NCBI GenBank assembly: GCA_047284725.1
Contig: JBJBEO010000001.1
Coordinates: 160,001 to 224,000, forward strand
Source of the DNA: Synechococcus sp.
GTDB lineage: Bacteria; Cyanobacteriota; Cyanobacteriia; PCC-6307; Cyanobiaceae
Direction: 5' to 3'
DNA: 64,000 nt
Shown here: one piece after another, positions 30,993 through 42,360 of the stretch
Layout of the letters: every line of letters begins with the position of its first letter
Position numbering within the stretch: the stretch's first letter is position 1
The notes under the pieces: generated by a model
What the model saw: only the letters and a program-made list of their open reading frames with translations
Database searches by the model: none
What the model was told of the DNA's origin: nothing
Program-made: the position numbers and the translations under genes

Positions 30993-32174
30993 GTGTCAGG
31001 TGAGGAGATTCGCCACGAGCGGACGGGGCTTGTCTTTCGTCCGGGCCTGGATGGAGTCCCTGCCACCCAGTCATCGATCTGTGATATCGATGGCCAACAG
31101 GGGCTGTTGTCGTATCGCGGCTATCCGCTGGAGGAGCTCGCCGCTGAAAGCACGTTTCTGGAAACGGCGTATCTGCTGATCTGGGGCGAGTTGCCGACGG
31201 CCGATCAGCTCAGGGCGTTCGAACACGAGGTGCAGATGCACCGGAGGGTGAGCTTCCGGGTGCGGGACATGATGAAGTGCTTTCCGGCAACGGGCCATCC
31301 GATGGATGCCCTGCAGTCGAGTGCTGCATCCCTGGGCCTTTTTTATTCCCGCCGGGCGATTGACGATCCCAAATACATCTACGCCGCTGTGGTGCGGCTG
31401 ATCGCCAAGATCCCGACCATGGTGGCGGCCTTTCAGCTGATTCGCAAAGGTCAGGATCCGATCCAGCCCCGCGACGATCTCGCCTACTCGGCCAACTTCC
31501 TCTACATGCTCACGGAGCGGGAGCCGGATCCCTTTGCCGCCCGTATCTTCGATCGCTGCCTGATGCTCCACGCCGAGCACAGTCTCAACGCCAGCACCTT
31601 CAGTGCCCGTGTGACGGCCAGCACTCTCACCGACCCCTATGCCGTGGTGGCCTCCGCTGTGGGCACCCTGGCAGGGCCCCTGCATGGTGGTGCCAATGAG
31701 GATGTGTTGGCCATGCTCGAGGAGATCGGTACCCCTGACCAGGCGGCTGCCTATCTGGATGAGGCTGTCGCCAACAAGCGCAAGGTGATGGGATTCGGCC
31801 ATCGTGAGTACCGGGTCAAGGATCCCCGCGCGGTGATCCTCCAGGCTCTGGCTGAGGAAATGTTTGACCGCTTTGGCCACGACGAGCTTTACGACGTCGC
31901 CCGCGCCCTTGAGGCCGCGGCGGAGACGCGTCTGGGCCCCAAGGGCATCTATCCCAACGTCGATTTCTATTCCGGCCTGGTGTACCGCAAGCTCGGCATC
32001 CCCCGCGATCTGTTCACGCCGGTCTTTGCCATCTCCCGGGTGGCCGGTTGGCTGGCTCACTGGCGTGAGCAGCTCGGGGCTAACCGTATTTTCAGGCCCT
32101 CGCAGATCTACACCGGCAGCAATCAGCGTCACTGGATCCCACTCAATAGCCGGATTCCGGCTGCGGGCGCCTAA
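30993..32174 (+). CDS. gltA: Citrate synthase
   Basis: HAEHSLNASTF, GPLHGGANE, MGFGHR and YPNVDF motifs. Confidence 0.97.
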   Translation: MSGEEIRHERTGLVFRPGLDGVPATQSSICDIDGQQGLLSYRGYPLEELAAESTFLETAYLLIWGELPTADQLRAFEHEVQMHRRVSFRVRDMMKCFPATGHPMDALQSSAASLGLFYSRRAIDDPKYIYAAVVRLIAKIPTMVAAFQLIRKGQDPIQPRDDLAYSANFLYMLTEREPDPFAARIFDRCLMLHAEHSLNASTFSARVTASTLTDPYAVVASAVGTLAGPLHGGANEDVLAMLEEIGTPDQAAAYLDEAVANKRKVMGFGHREYRVKDPRAVILQALAEEMFDRFGHDELYDVARALEAAAETRLGPKGIYPNVDFYSGLVYRKLGIPRDLFTPVFAISRVAGWLAHWREQLGANRIFRPSQIYTGSNQRHWIPLNSRIPAAGA

Positions 32175-32198
32175 GTTGCTTTGATCTCACCCGTGAAT

Positions 32199-33353
32199 AT
32201 GGTGACCCCCCTCGCCACCACAACGACGGCCTTGGTGAGCCCCGGTCTCGACCTTGAGCTCAGCTTCAGTCAGGCATTGCAGGCTTTTGGTCTGCCAGCC
32301 GATGTGGCCCATCTGATCTGGCTGCCACTGCCGATGCTGCTGGTGTTGGTGGCGGCTGTGGTGGGGGTTCTGGTCACCGTTTGGCTGGAGCGCAAGATCT
32401 CTGCGGCGGTGCAGCAGCGGATCGGCCCTGAATACGCCGGTGCCCTCGGCGTGCTGCAGCCTCTGGCCGACGGCCTCAAGCTGCTCGTCAAGGAAGACAT
32501 CATCCCGGCGCGGGCCGACAGCCTTCTGTTCACCCTCGGACCGGTGCTGGTGGTGGTGCCGGTCATCCTGTCGTGGCTGATCGTTCCCTTCGGTCAGAAC
32601 CTGCTGGTGAGCAATGTCGGCGTGGGCATTTTTCTCTGGATTTCCCTCAGCAGCATTCAGCCCATCGGTCTGCTGATGAGTGGTTATGCCTCTAACAACA
32701 AATATTCACTGCTCGGTGGTCTCCGGGCCGCGGCTCAGTCGATCAGCTACGAGATTCCCCTCGCCCTGGCGGTGCTGGCCATCGTGATGATGAGCAATTC
32801 CCTCAGCACGATTGACATCGTCAACCAGCAGACCGGTGCAGGTCTGCTCAGCTGGAACATCTGGCGCCAGCCAGTGGGTTTCCTGATCTTCTGGATCTGC
32901 GCCCTGGCTGAATGCGAGCGTCTTCCCTTCGACCTGCCTGAGGCGGAGGAGGAGCTGGTCGCCGGCTATCAAACCGAGTATGCCGGCATGAAGTTCGCCC
33001 TCTTCTACCTGGGCAGCTACATCAACCTCGTTCTCTCCGCTCTGTTGGTGTCGGTGCTGTATCTGGGTGGCTGGGGATTCCCTGTTCCGGTGGAATGGCT
33101 TGCTGGCTGGATGGGCCAGTCGGTGGATGCGCCCTTGGTGCAGGTGATCACGGGCAGCGTGGGCATTGTGATGACAGTGCTCAAGGCCTATCTGCTCGTT
33201 TTCTTTGCCATCCTGTTGCGCTGGACCACTCCGCGGGTGCGTATCGATCAGCTTCTCAATCTGGGATGGAAGTTTCTGCTTCCTTTGGCTCTGGTCAATC
33301 TGCTTGTCACTGCCGCCCTCAAGCTGGCCTTTCCTGTGGCCTTTGGCGGCTGA
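32199..33353 (+). CDS. ndhA: NDH-1 subunit A (NuoH)
   Basis: [24 protein letters not shown] and [17 protein letters not shown] motifs. Confidence 0.97.
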   Translation: MVTPLATTTTALVSPGLDLELSFSQALQAFGLPADVAHLIWLPLPMLLVLVAAVVGVLVTVWLERKISAAVQQRIGPEYAGALGVLQPLADGLKLLVKEDIIPARADSLLFTLGPVLVVVPVILSWLIVPFGQNLLVSNVGVGIFLWISLSSIQPIGLLMSGYASNNKYSLLGGLRAAAQSISYEIPLALAVLAIVMMSNSLSTIDIVNQQTGAGLLSWNIWRQPVGFLIFWICALAECERLPFDLPEAEEELVAGYQTEYAGMKFALFYLGSYINLVLSALLVSVLYLGGWGFPVPVEWLAGWMGQSVDAPLVQVITGSVGIVMTVLKAYLLVFFAILLRWTTPRVRIDQLLNLGWKFLLPLALVNLLVTAALKLAFPVAFGG

Positions 33354-33404
33354 TCAAGCTGCTCAACCTTTCATCCGCTCACTGTTTCTCTCCGCTTCCA
33401 GGTC

Positions 33405-34049
33405 ATGCTCGGATTCCTCAAGCAGGTCGGTGACTACACCAGGGACACCATCGATGCGGCCCGCAATCTGACGCAGGGTCTGGCCGTCACCTTCGATCAC
33501 ATGAAGCGCCGTCCAGTGACGGTGCAGTATCCCTATGAAAAACTGATTCCGTCGGAGCGTTACCGCGGCAGGATCCACTACGAATTCGACAAGTGCATCG
33601 CCTGTGAGGTGTGTGTCCGGGTCTGTCCGATCAACCTGCCGGTTGTCGATTGGGTGATGAACAAGCAGACCAAGAAAAAGGAGCTGCGCAACTATTCGAT
33701 TGACTTCGGGGTTTGCATCTTCTGTGGCAATTGTGTGGAGTACTGCCCTACCAATTGCCTGTCGATGACCGAGGAATACGAGTTGGCTGCCTTTGATCGC
33801 CACAGCCTCAACTTCGACAACGTTGCCCTTGGTCGTCTGCCCACCAGCGTCACCACCGATCCTTCCGTTCAGCCGCTGCGCGAACTCGCTTATTTGCCTG
33901 CAGGTGAGATGGATCCCCATGGCGTGGCAGCGGATCGCCCTCGCGCCGGCCAGTTGCCGGAGCAGGTGCTGGCCTCCATGCCCAAGACGACCGCAGATGG
34001 GGGAGAATCCCCTTCGTCTGCCCCCACCAAGGAGGAGAACGCAGGATGA
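33405..34049 (+). CDS. ndhI: NDH-1 subunit I (2x[4Fe-4S])
   Basis: [12 protein letters not shown] and [12 protein letters not shown] motifs. Confidence 0.97.
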   Translation: MLGFLKQVGDYTRDTIDAARNLTQGLAVTFDHMKRRPVTVQYPYEKLIPSERYRGRIHYEFDKCIACEVCVRVCPINLPVVDWVMNKQTKKKELRNYSIDFGVCIFCGNCVEYCPTNCLSMTEEYELAAFDRHSLNFDNVALGRLPTSVTTDPSVQPLRELAYLPAGEMDPHGVAADRPRAGQLPEQVLASMPKTTADGGESPSSAPTKEENAG

Positions 34050-34648
34050 CCATTGCTGCGTCGACCCAGCTGATCTGCTTCCTCGTTCTCTCTGCCGTTG
34101 TCGCCATCGGTGGATTGGGTGTGGTGCTGCTGAGCAACATTGTTTATTCCGCTTTCCTTCTCGGAGGCGTGTTCATGGCGGTGGCTGGCCTTTATCTGCT
34201 CCTCAATGCCAGCTTCGTCGCCGCCGCCCAGGTGCTCGTGTACGTGGGTGCTGTGAATGTGCTGATCCTGTTCGCGATCATGCTCGTGAACAAACGAGAA
34301 GACCTGGCCCCGATTCAGGGGCTGCAGACCCGCAGGCTGATTTCTGGTGGCGTCTGTGCCGGTTTGTTCGCCCTCTTGGTGCGTGTGGCGCTCACCACCC
34401 CCTGGGCTGTGCCGGGTCCCCAGGCCGTGGGTGAAGGTGCAACCGTTCGCATCGGTGAGCATCTGTTCACCGATTATCTGCTTCCCTTCGAGCTGGCCTC
34501 TGTTCTGCTGTTGATGGCGATGATCGGGGCGATCGTTCTGGCCCGTCGCGATGTCCAGTCCACGGATCTGGGCACGGGCGAATCGGCCGATCAGGGCCTG
34601 ATTGAAAAGTCCCGGACTCCCCTCCTGGCGGATCAGCCTCCCGTCTGA
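34046..34648 (+). CDS. ndhG: NDH-1 subunit G (NuoJ)
   Basis: [20 protein letters not shown] and YLLPFELAS motifs. Confidence 0.96.
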   Translation: MTIAASTQLICFLVLSAVVAIGGLGVVLLSNIVYSAFLLGGVFMAVAGLYLLLNASFVAAAQVLVYVGAVNVLILFAIMLVNKREDLAPIQGLQTRRLISGGVCAGLFALLVRVALTTPWAVPGPQAVGEGATVRIGEHLFTDYLLPFELASVLLLMAMIGAIVLARRDVQSTDLGTGESADQGLIEKSRTPLLADQPPV

Positions 34649-34688
34649 TTCAGTTCTCTTCCTTCTTCTTTCCGACTATCTGCACCCC

Positions 34689-35018
34689 ATGTCTGAGTTG
34701 CTGAACGGGTCTGTTCCCCTTGAGGCTTATCTCCTTTTGGCTGCTGTGCTGTTCTGCACTGGAGTCTGGGGACTGATCAACAGCCGCAATGCCGTGCGCG
34801 TGTTGATGAGTATTGAGTTGATGCTGAACGCTGTGAACATCAACCTGATGGCGTTTTCGTCTTATGTCGATGGCGATCTCATCCGGGGTCAGGTGTTTGC
34901 CGTGTTCGTGATCACGGTGGCTGCCGCGGAAGCAGCCGTCGGACTGGCGATTTTGCTGTCGCTCTATCGCAACCGTGTCACAGTCGATATGGAACGCTTC
35001 AATCTGCTGCGTTGGTGA
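34689..35018 (+). CDS. ndhE: NDH-1 subunit E (NuoK)
   Basis: [16 protein letters not shown] and [10 protein letters not shown] motifs. Confidence 0.96.
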   Translation: MSELLNGSVPLEAYLLLAAVLFCTGVWGLINSRNAVRVLMSIELMLNAVNINLMAFSSYVDGDLIRGQVFAVFVITVAAAEAAVGLAILLSLYRNRVTVDMERFNLLRW

Positions 35019-35036
35019 TCGTCTGCGCCTGAGCCC

Positions 35037-35987
35037 ATGCGTCTTGACCGGGTCTGGCTGATCTACCGGGCGGAGAGTCCGGTCGCTTTGCGTGAAGCCA
35101 GGCGATGTGCCAGGGACCTCCGTTCCCTCGGGACCGAGGTCACCCTGGCGATGAGCGGACTCACGGCCAATCCGTTCCCCGGCCTCTTGGCTACCACGTC
35201 GGACCTTCCCGACCTGGCCGTGGTTCTGGGTGGGGATGGAACGGTGCTGGGGGCGGCCCGCCATTTGGCGGTGCACAACGTGCCGATCCTGTGTTTCAAC
35301 GTCGGCGGTCATCTCGGCTTTCTCACCCATGACGCCTCTCTGCTGGGCAGTGTGGAGCTCTGGGAGCGCCTGGTTCAGGATCAATTCGCCATGGAGCGGC
35401 GGATGATGCTCCAGGCCACGGTTCATCACGGACGTGATCTGCGTTGTGCCATGGAGGAGGGACGCGGAGGCAGCGATGGGGACGAGAATCCCCCGGAATG
35501 CCACTGGGCCCTCAATGATCTCTATCTACGGCCACATGGTGAGGATCTCGCACCCACATGCATCCTCGAGCTGGAGATTGATGGGGAGGTGGTCGACCAA
35601 GTGCGCGGTGACGGTCTGATTCTTGCCACGCCAACGGGGTCGACCGGCTATGCGATGGCCTCGGGGGGGCCGATTCTCCACCCTGGGATTGATGCGATCA
35701 TCGTCAGCCCGATCTGCCCGATGAGCCTTTCAAGCCGCCCGGTCGTGGTCCCTCCCCGTTCTCGCTTGATGATCTGGCCTCTGGGAGAGGGGGAGCGTCC
35801 TGTCAAGCTGTGGAAGGACGGGGTGTCAGGGGCCGTGCTCGAGGCTGGTGAGTGCTGTGTGGTGCAACGAGCACCTCACGATGCCCTGATGCTCCAGCTC
35901 AATCGCAAGCCTTCCTATTACCGCACCTTGGCTCAGAAGCTTCACTGGGCTGGCAGTTTGGTGGCCTCAGCTCCTTCCCCCAACTGA
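35037..35987 (+). CDS. nadK: NAD+ kinase
   Basis: LGGDGT, GHLGFL, ALND and [14 protein letters not shown] motifs. Confidence 0.93.
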   Translation: MRLDRVWLIYRAESPVALREARRCARDLRSLGTEVTLAMSGLTANPFPGLLATTSDLPDLAVVLGGDGTVLGAARHLAVHNVPILCFNVGGHLGFLTHDASLLGSVELWERLVQDQFAMERRMMLQATVHHGRDLRCAMEEGRGGSDGDENPPECHWALNDLYLRPHGEDLAPTCILELEIDGEVVDQVRGDGLILATPTGSTGYAMASGGPILHPGIDAIIVSPICPMSLSSRPVVVPPRSRLMIWPLGEGERPVKLWKDGVSGAVLEAGECCVVQRAPHDALMLQLNRKPSYYRTLAQKLHWAGSLVASAPSPN

Positions 35988-35995
35988 GTGGTGTG

Positions 35996-36496
35996 ATGGG
36001 CCTCGAGATCGAACGCCGCTTCCTGATCTGTGCCGAGGGATGGCGTCGCCATGCAGGTGCGCCCCAAGCGTTGCGCCAGGGCTATCTGGCCAGCTCTGAG
36101 CAGGGGGTCACCGTGCGTCTGCGCATCAGTGCCGAGAAGGCCGCCTGGCTCACCCTGAAAGCTCCTGCCGGTGGTTTCGCACGTCATGAGTTCGAGTACC
36201 CCCTGCCTCTGGAGGATGCCGAAGCTCTTTGGGATCTGGCGCCCCATCGCCTGGTGAAGACGCGCTTTGCCCTCGACTTTCCAGGTGGTGATTGGGTTGT
36301 GGACTGCTTTGAAGGCAGCAATGCGCCCTTGTTGCTGGCGGAGGTGGAGTTGCCTTCGGCTGATGCTCCTCTGGAGATACCCCCCTGGTGCGGACGTGAG
36401 ATCACCGGTGACAACCGTTGGAGCAATGCCGCTTTAGCGCTGAATCCTGTGGCGACATGGCCACAGGCCTTGAAAGCTTCTTTCGATTTGCTTTAG
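35996..36496 (+). CDS. CYTH-domain (triphosphate tunnel) protein
   Basis: MGLEIERRFL, QGYL, VRLR, EFEY and LAEVE motifs. Confidence 0.88.
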   Translation: MGLEIERRFLICAEGWRRHAGAPQALRQGYLASSEQGVTVRLRISAEKAAWLTLKAPAGGFARHEFEYPLPLEDAEALWDLAPHRLVKTRFALDFPGGDWVVDCFEGSNAPLLLAEVELPSADAPLEIPPWCGREITGDNRWSNAALALNPVATWPQALKASFDLL

Positions 36497-36558
36497 ATTT
36501 GATCCACAGGCGTCGGCTGCGGCGTCATTGGCTGCTCGAGCGGCGGGAGGGGGCAGCG

Positions 36559-36744
36559 GTGGTGGGTCTTTACGACGCAGACGGCATTCTTCGCTTCATG
36601 GGAGCCGATGTGCACGCTTGCAAGGCCTATGCCCAACTGTTTGCTCTCCCCTTGTCCAGTTGTTCTCTGATGCCGATGCCGCGTCCTCAGGAGCCGCTCT
36701 TCAGCAGGCGTCGTTCTCGTCGTCGGGGAGTGAGCAGCAGTTGA
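36559..36744 (+). CDS. Small hypothetical protein
   Basis: GGAGG at 36546-36550 precedes GTG at 36559. VGLYDADGILRF...AC.AYA.LF resembles a small picocyanobacterial conserved ORF (recalled, not searched). Confidence 0.5.
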   Translation: MVGLYDADGILRFMGADVHACKAYAQLFALPLSSCSLMPMPRPQEPLFSRRRSRRRGVSSS

Positions 36745-36979
36745 AACCATCACGGCAGATCTTGCCGTGATCCATCGCCCAATTCAGCAGGGCCACTCTG
36801 TTTTTTGAGCCAGTCTTGGTGAAGACATTGCTCACATGGTTGTCCACTGTGCGCTTGCTGATCGTGAGTTGAGCTGCGATCTCTTGGTTGGTGAGCCCTT
36901 CCGCCACCAGGCCGATGATCTCCAGTTCGCGGTTGGAGAGGGAGACGTCCATGGAGCCGGGGATGCTGCCATTGCTCAT
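36701..36979 (-). CDS. pedR: Stand-alone LuxR HTH redox regulator PedR
   Basis: LuxR HTH with no receiver domain; C-terminal GKICRDGFNCC three-Cys motif as in Synechocystis PedR. Confidence 0.85.
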   Translation of the reverse strand: MSNGSIPGSMDVSLSNRELEIIGLVAEGLTNQEIAAQLTISKRTVDNHVSNVFTKTGSKNRVALLNWAMDHGKICRDGFNCCSLPDDENDAC

Positions 36980-37073
36980 CGTCCCCGCCTCATGCTCTGC
37001 ATTTCATCCTAGGCATGATTTCGGATCTTGATCCCGGTCGCCCATAGTGTCACCTGTGGCCATAGAAACAGGG

Positions 37074-37970
37074 ATGGAGAGCACGGCGCTGCAGCGCAGT
37101 CTTGCCGAGGGAACGCCCACGATTACCGCCGAGGTCATGCCCCCTCGCGGGGGTGATCCCACTCACACCCTCACCATGGCCAAGGCTCTGCGGGGGCGAG
37201 TGCAAGCGGTGAACGTCACCGACGGCAGCCGTGCCGTGATGCGGATGAGCAGCCTGGCTGTGTGCCGATTGCTGCTGGACGCTGGGATCGAACCCGTGCT
37301 GCAACTTGCCTGCCGCGACCGCAATCGCATTGGTCTTCAGGCTGATCTGCTTGGTGCCCATGCCTTGGGCATTCGCAATCTGCTGTGCCTTACGGGGGAT
37401 CCCGTGCGGGCGGGGGATCAACCCAAGGCCAGACCTGTGAATGAATTGGAGTCCGTGCGCCTGCTCCGGCAGGTGACGGCCTTCAACCGCGGCGACGATC
37501 CCGTCAAGGGGGTCTTGCCGGATGGTCCTACGGCGCTGTTTGCCGGCGCCGCTGCCGATCCCCACTGCCCAAGCCAGAGCGGTCTGTTCAAGCGACTGGA
37601 GCGGAAGCGGGAGGCTGGTGCTCGTTTTGTGCAGACTCAGATGGTGATGGATGGCGCCGTCCTGGAGCGGTTCTGCACGGAGTTGGCCGCTCCGCTTGAC
37701 CTGCCTGTGCTTGCAGGCGTGTTTCTGCTCAAGTCGGCTAAGAATGCTCGGTTCATTAACCGTATGGTCCCTGGAGCCTGCATTCCGGACGCGTTGATCG
37801 CCCGGCTGGAGCATGCCGACGATCCGGCTTCAGAGGGGATTGCGATCGCCGCTGAGCAGGTGCGTCGCTACCTGGGGGTGGCCCAGGGGGTGCATCTCAT
37901 GGCGATTCGTGCTGAGGAACGGATCCCTTTGATCCTCGATCAAGCGGGGGTCAGCCCGGTGTCGGGGTGA
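37074..37970 (+). CDS. metF: Methylenetetrahydrofolate reductase
   Basis: TAEVMPP, VNVTD, QLACRDRN, LCLTGD and FVQTQ motifs. Confidence 0.92.
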   Translation: MESTALQRSLAEGTPTITAEVMPPRGGDPTHTLTMAKALRGRVQAVNVTDGSRAVMRMSSLAVCRLLLDAGIEPVLQLACRDRNRIGLQADLLGAHALGIRNLLCLTGDPVRAGDQPKARPVNELESVRLLRQVTAFNRGDDPVKGVLPDGPTALFAGAAADPHCPSQSGLFKRLERKREAGARFVQTQMVMDGAVLERFCTELAAPLDLPVLAGVFLLKSAKNARFINRMVPGACIPDALIARLEHADDPASEGIAIAAEQVRRYLGVAQGVHLMAIRAEERIPLILDQAGVSPVSG

Positions 37971-39129
37971 GATCGGTGCCAAGCAGTTCAGCCATGGCTT
38001 TCTGCTGTGGAGACGGTTCGATCAAGTCAGCGCGGCGTGCGTCCGTGATCAGCCAGTCGAGGGCGGCTTCCTGGAGGTCGAAATGGTCGCCGTTCTTGCC
38101 GACGCAGTAGCGGCCGAACACAAGCTTTTCCACCAGCTGGACCCCGGGGCCGATGCGGGAGTAATCGAAAATGATCGAGTTGTCGATCACGGCCCCTTCA
38201 CAGATCGAACAGCTCGGTCCGATCATCGAGGGTCCGATCAGCGTGGCGCCGTCTTCGATCTTGGTCATGCCGCCCACGTAGATCGGGCCCTGCACATTGA
38301 TCTTGTCCCAGTTGGCGGCAACGTTGAGTCCGGTGAAGACGCCCGGTCGCACTTCCTTCCCTGGAATTCCCACCTGGCGAACCTCGCCAAGCAGCACGCT
38401 GCGGATGGCTTGCCAGTAATCGGGAACCTTGCCGATATCCACCCACTCGAAATCCATCGGCAGGGCATAGAAGGGAGCTTTCTGTTCCACGAGCAGAGGG
38501 AACAGATCTGAGCCGATGTCGAAGGCTTTGCCCGAGGGAATGTGCTCAAAGATCTCCGGCTCGAAGATGTAGATCCCGGTGTTGATCGTGTCGCTCAGTG
38601 CTTCATCCACACTGGGCTTTTCCTGGAAGGCACTGATCCTCCCCTGATCATCCGTAACCACCACGCCGTAGCTGCTCACCTGGTCGCGGGGTACGCGTTT
38701 GGTCACGATGCTGGCGATCGCTCCTTTTTCGCGGTGGCGTCTGACTGCCTCGCTCAGATCGAGGTCGATCAGGGCATCGCCGCAGAGCACCACGAAGGTC
38801 TCGTCGAAGAAGGTCTGAAAATCCTGAATCTTTTTGAGTCCGCCCGCGGAGCCGAGGGCATCACCGATCAGTTCGCCATCTTCAATCCTTCCTTCGAAAC
38901 TGTAGGCGATTTCCACGCCGAACCGCTGGCCATCCCTGAAATAGTTCTCGATTTCTTCCGCCAGGTGAGACACGTTCACCATCACTTCGGTGAAGCCGTG
39001 CTCCTTGAGCAGCTCCAGCAGAAATTCCATCACCGGCTTCTGCAGGATCGGAATCATCGGCTTGGGGATCACATGAGTGATCGGCTGGACCCGCGTCCCT
39101 TTTCCGGCCGCCAGGATCATCGCCTTCAT
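37951..39129 (-). CDS. cugP: NDP-sugar pyrophosphorylase (cyanobacterial UDP-glucose pyrophosphorylase CugP-like)
   Basis: MKAMILAAGKGTRVQPIT...PKPMIP, FQEKP and a C-terminal beta-helix region. Confidence 0.8.
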   Translation of the reverse strand: MKAMILAAGKGTRVQPITHVIPKPMIPILQKPVMEFLLELLKEHGFTEVMVNVSHLAEEIENYFRDGQRFGVEIAYSFEGRIEDGELIGDALGSAGGLKKIQDFQTFFDETFVVLCGDALIDLDLSEAVRRHREKGAIASIVTKRVPRDQVSSYGVVVTDDQGRISAFQEKPSVDEALSDTINTGIYIFEPEIFEHIPSGKAFDIGSDLFPLLVEQKAPFYALPMDFEWVDIGKVPDYWQAIRSVLLGEVRQVGIPGKEVRPGVFTGLNVAANWDKINVQGPIYVGGMTKIEDGATLIGPSMIGPSCSICEGAVIDNSIIFDYSRIGPGVQLVEKLVFGRYCVGKNGDHFDLQEAALDWLITDARRADLIEPSPQQKAMAELLGTDLTPTPG

Positions 39130-39173
39130 GGACGCTTCAGGCTCTAGATCGATCAATCAACTTAAAGGTCCAT

Positions 39174-40076
39174 TCAGGCTGCAATCGCTTGTTCGGCCGG
39201 CACAGCATCTGGCACGTCCAGTTGGCTGATCGGCAGCTGGGCTGCGGTGCCGGGAGCCAACAGTCGTTTGAGCTGCAGCGGGCCGTGCAGGTTGCCCTCC
39301 TGCTGCAGTTCCACCTGGCCTTGTGATGAGAGAAACAGCAGGGCCCAGAACACACCGACCCGGTCGGTATCGAGATCTGTGGGGGCCACCTCACACCACT
39401 GCGTCACCAGCTGTTCAAAGTCGGTCCAATGCAGCACGGTTTCCCAGTTCTGCAGAAACACTCCAAGGGCCGCAGTGGTTTCCGGCAGTTTTTCGCGATG
39501 GGCCAGAGCGGCCACCTGGGCGATGGCTTCACGGTTGCTGAAGCGCTTGGCCTTCTGGCGACGGCGCATCTCCAGCTCATCGGTCTCGAGTTGTTCGGCG
39601 ATGGATTCAAGTTGCTCGATCAGTTCCCCGAGGGTCACCGGGCGGCGCAGGGGCGGTGGGGCCACAGGACGACGTTCGAGGTGTCGCTCCGGCCGGCGCG
39701 GCAGGTTGAAATCGGGATCGAGCCAGCCTTGATCGCTGAGTTCGGCTTCGAACTCTTCTTCCACCAGGGGCTCTGGGGGGAAGGTCTGCGCTTCCAGCAT
39801 CTCGGCTTTCAGGCCCACCAGCACTCCGGCAGCCAGAAAGGCTTCACTGCTGTCGGCCAGGTCGCGTTCGTAACTCCCACCACGGCCCTGAAGAGCGGCC
39901 TCCACCTGTCGTGGCACCTCGATCCGCTGACGCAGCTGGTCGAGAAATCCATCAACAACGGCGATCACATCCACATCCCAGGGATCGAGATCGCCCCGTT
40001 GAGCGGCATCCTGCAGCAGACGGATCGCCAGTCTTGCTCCCGCATCAGCGCGTTGAGGTCGGCTGATGTCAGGCAC
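39174..40076 (-). CDS. scpA: Segregation/condensation protein A (SMC kleisin)
   Basis: GDLDPWDVDVI, VTLGELI, LAHRE and FWALLFL...VEL.Q motifs. Start uncertain. Confidence 0.88.
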   Translation of the reverse strand: MPDISRPQRADAGARLAIRLLQDAAQRGDLDPWDVDVIAVVDGFLDQLRQRIEVPRQVEAALQGRGGSYERDLADSSEAFLAAGVLVGLKAEMLEAQTFPPEPLVEEEFEAELSDQGWLDPDFNLPRRPERHLERRPVAPPPLRRPVTLGELIEQLESIAEQLETDELEMRRRQKAKRFSNREAIAQVAALAHREKLPETTAALGVFLQNWETVLHWTDFEQLVTQWCEVAPTDLDTDRVGVFWALLFLSSQGQVELQQEGNLHGPLQLKRLLAPGTAAQLPISQLDVPDAVPAEQAIAA

Positions 40077-40152
40077 TCTCACTCAAGCATTGCCTGAAAG
40101 GTATCGGCCTAACGGCTGTCTGGCCACTGTCTGGCTCGAACGGAGTGCCGGT

Positions 40153-40542
40153 TCAGGAGGCACTGATGTCGAGATGATCGGTGGAGTCGTTGGTGTCGTC
40201 ACTGACGCTGGCTTTGGCGGAAGGCAGAAGACCGAGCTGGGTTTCAACGGTGGAGCGATAACGGTTGAGATCGCCTTCCAGTTCTTCGATACGCACCTGC
40301 TGTGCTTGCATTTCCTCATCTTTGCTGAGGGTCTCCACCGTGTTGAGCATCCCGCTCCAAGCGGCAAAGAGCCAGGCAGAGGCTGCTCCCACCCCCGACG
40401 AAACCAGCAGAAGAGCCGCCAGCGGCAGGGTGTAATGCACTCCGGGCAGGATGTGCACGGTGGTGGCGGCAGTGTTTTCGAGGGTGAAGAACACCATCGC
40501 CAGACCGAAGGCGAAGATCAGGCCGAAATTGATCTGACGCAT
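40153..40542 (-). CDS. LapA (DUF1049) family membrane protein
   Basis: MRQINFGLIFAFGLAMVFFTLENT, two TM segments and a coiled-coil-like tail. Confidence 0.8.
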   Translation of the reverse strand: MRQINFGLIFAFGLAMVFFTLENTAATTVHILPGVHYTLPLAALLLVSSGVGAASAWLFAAWSGMLNTVETLSKDEEMQAQQVRIEELEGDLNRYRSTVETQLGLLPSAKASVSDDTNDSTDHLDISAS

Positions 40543-40562
40543 GGCAAGAAGTGCTCAAGCCT

Positions 40563-40597
40563 GAAACGTACGGGGCTTGGCTGTCTCCGTACGTTTC
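40563..40597. other. Strong inverted repeat (hairpin) 3' of ndhD
   Basis: GAAACGTACGG...CCGTACGTTTC is a perfect 11-bp stem with no T-tract. Confidence 0.65.
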
Positions 40598-40621
40598 CGA
40601 TGGCAGAACAGACGAAGTTCG

Positions 40622-42286
40622 TTACGCCCCCGGCAGCGTCGGTGCCCGCAGTACGGCAGGGGCAACCGGTGCGGTGCGGATCAGCGGAGCTGTGGGCTGG
40701 GTGATCCGTTGCATGGCCACCACATCTCTGCTCACCAGTGCTTCGATCGAACTGCGGTAGCTGTCGGTCATCAGCTTGGGATAGAGGCCGATCCCGATGA
40801 TCGGGACGAGAAGGCAGCCAATCACGTACACCTCACGAGGCTCTGCATCCACCAGATTCGAGTGGGAGGTCAGGTCGGCGTTTTCCTTGCCGAAGAAGAT
40901 TTCCCGCAGCATCGATAGCAGATAAATCGGCGTCAGAATCACGCCGATGGCGGCCAGGCCGTCGATCACGATCCGGAAGGTGAGGCTGTAGGCCTCGTCA
41001 GTGGCGAAGCCGGCGAACACCATCAGTTCGCTCACAAAGCCGCTCATGCCAGGCAGGGCAAGGGATGCAAGGGAGCAGACAGTCCAGAGCGCAAACATCA
41101 CGCGCATCTTCTGCCCAACGCCGCCCATTTCATCCAGCTGGAGGGTGTGGGTGCGGTCGTAGGTGGCACCCACCAGGAAGAACAGACTGGCGCCGATCAG
41201 CCCGTGGCTGATCATCTGCAACATGGCTCCACTGGTACCCAGATCACTGAAGCTGCCAATGCCGATGAGAACAAAGCCCATGTGGCTGATCGAGCTGTAA
41301 GCGATTTTGCGCTTGAGGTTGCGCTGGGCGAAGGAGGTGAGTGCGGCATAGATGATGTTCACCACGCCCAGCACCACGAGCAGAGGTGCGAACTGGGCGT
41401 GGGCTTCGGGAAGGATCTCCGCGTTGAAGCGCATCAAGGCGTAACCGCCCATCTTCAACAGGATCCCGGCCAGCAGCATGTGCACGGGCGCTGTCGCTTC
41501 TCCATGGGCGTCCGGCAGCCAGGTGTGCAGCGGCACGATCGGCAGTTTCACGCCGAAGGCGATGAGCAGGCCGGCATAGCAAAGCAGCTGGAAGCCAGTG
41601 CTGAAGCCCTTCTGGGCCAGAACGCTGTATTCGAAATTCGGAGTGCCGCCACCGAAGAAGCCCATCGCCAGGGCCGCCAGCAGGATGAATAGCGAACTGC
41701 CCGCGGTGTAGAGGATGAATTTGGTGGCTGCGTACTGACGCTTTTTCCCACCCCAGATGGCGAGCAGGAGATAAACCGGGATCAGCTCCAACTCCCAGGC
41801 GAGGAAGAACAGGAGCATGTCCTGTACAGCGAAGACGGCGATCTGTCCTCCATCCATGGCCAGGATGAGGAAGAAGAACAATTTCGGTTTGAACGTCACC
41901 GGCCAGGCGGCCAGTACGGCCAGGGCCGTGATGAAACTGGTGAGCAGAATCAAGGGCATCGAGAGGCCGTCCGCTCCCACAGCCCAGGTGAGGCCGAGGG
42001 CGGGTAGCCAGCTCACCCGTTCCGCCAGCTGCAACCCGCTGATGCTGGGGTCGTAGCCATCCAGGTAGGCGGCCACGGTGATCAGGAAGGTGATCAGGGC
42101 AATTCCCAGGGCGAACCAGCGCACCTGCTTGCCTTCGCCCTGGTCGGGGAAGAAGGGAACAATCAGAGCACCGACGATCGGGAAGAGGATCGAAAGGCTC
42201 AGCCAGGGAACCCCCGCTGCGATTACATCAGCAGGCAGACCTGCTAGCTGCGGATCGAAGGGTGGGCTGACGGCAAACTCCAGCAC
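40622..42286 (-). CDS. ndhD: NDH-1 subunit D (NdhD1/NuoM)
   Basis: [32 protein letters not shown] and AYSSISHMG motifs; paired with ndhF. Confidence 0.96.
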   Translation of the reverse strand: MLEFAVSPPFDPQLAGLPADVIAAGVPWLSLSILFPIVGALIVPFFPDQGEGKQVRWFALGIALITFLITVAAYLDGYDPSISGLQLAERVSWLPALGLTWAVGADGLSMPLILLTSFITALAVLAAWPVTFKPKLFFFLILAMDGGQIAVFAVQDMLLFFLAWELELIPVYLLLAIWGGKKRQYAATKFILYTAGSSLFILLAALAMGFFGGGTPNFEYSVLAQKGFSTGFQLLCYAGLLIAFGVKLPIVPLHTWLPDAHGEATAPVHMLLAGILLKMGGYALMRFNAEILPEAHAQFAPLLVVLGVVNIIYAALTSFAQRNLKRKIAYSSISHMGFVLIGIGSFSDLGTSGAMLQMISHGLIGASLFFLVGATYDRTHTLQLDEMGGVGQKMRVMFALWTVCSLASLALPGMSGFVSELMVFAGFATDEAYSLTFRIVIDGLAAIGVILTPIYLLSMLREIFFGKENADLTSHSNLVDAEPREVYVIGCLLVPIIGIGLYPKLMTDSYRSSIEALVSRDVVAMQRITQPTAPLIRTAPVAPAVLRAPTLPGA

Positions 42287-42360
42287 GTGCAAGCCTTTTC
42301 AGTCTTGCTGGAGTGTAGAAACGCCTAGAGTTTTCACACCAAATGATTGGCGTTGAGACA

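Noticed and set aside
36980..37073. SAM or other riboswitch upstream of metF
   Set aside because: The region is short, shared with divergent pedR, and lacks a recognisable aptamer.
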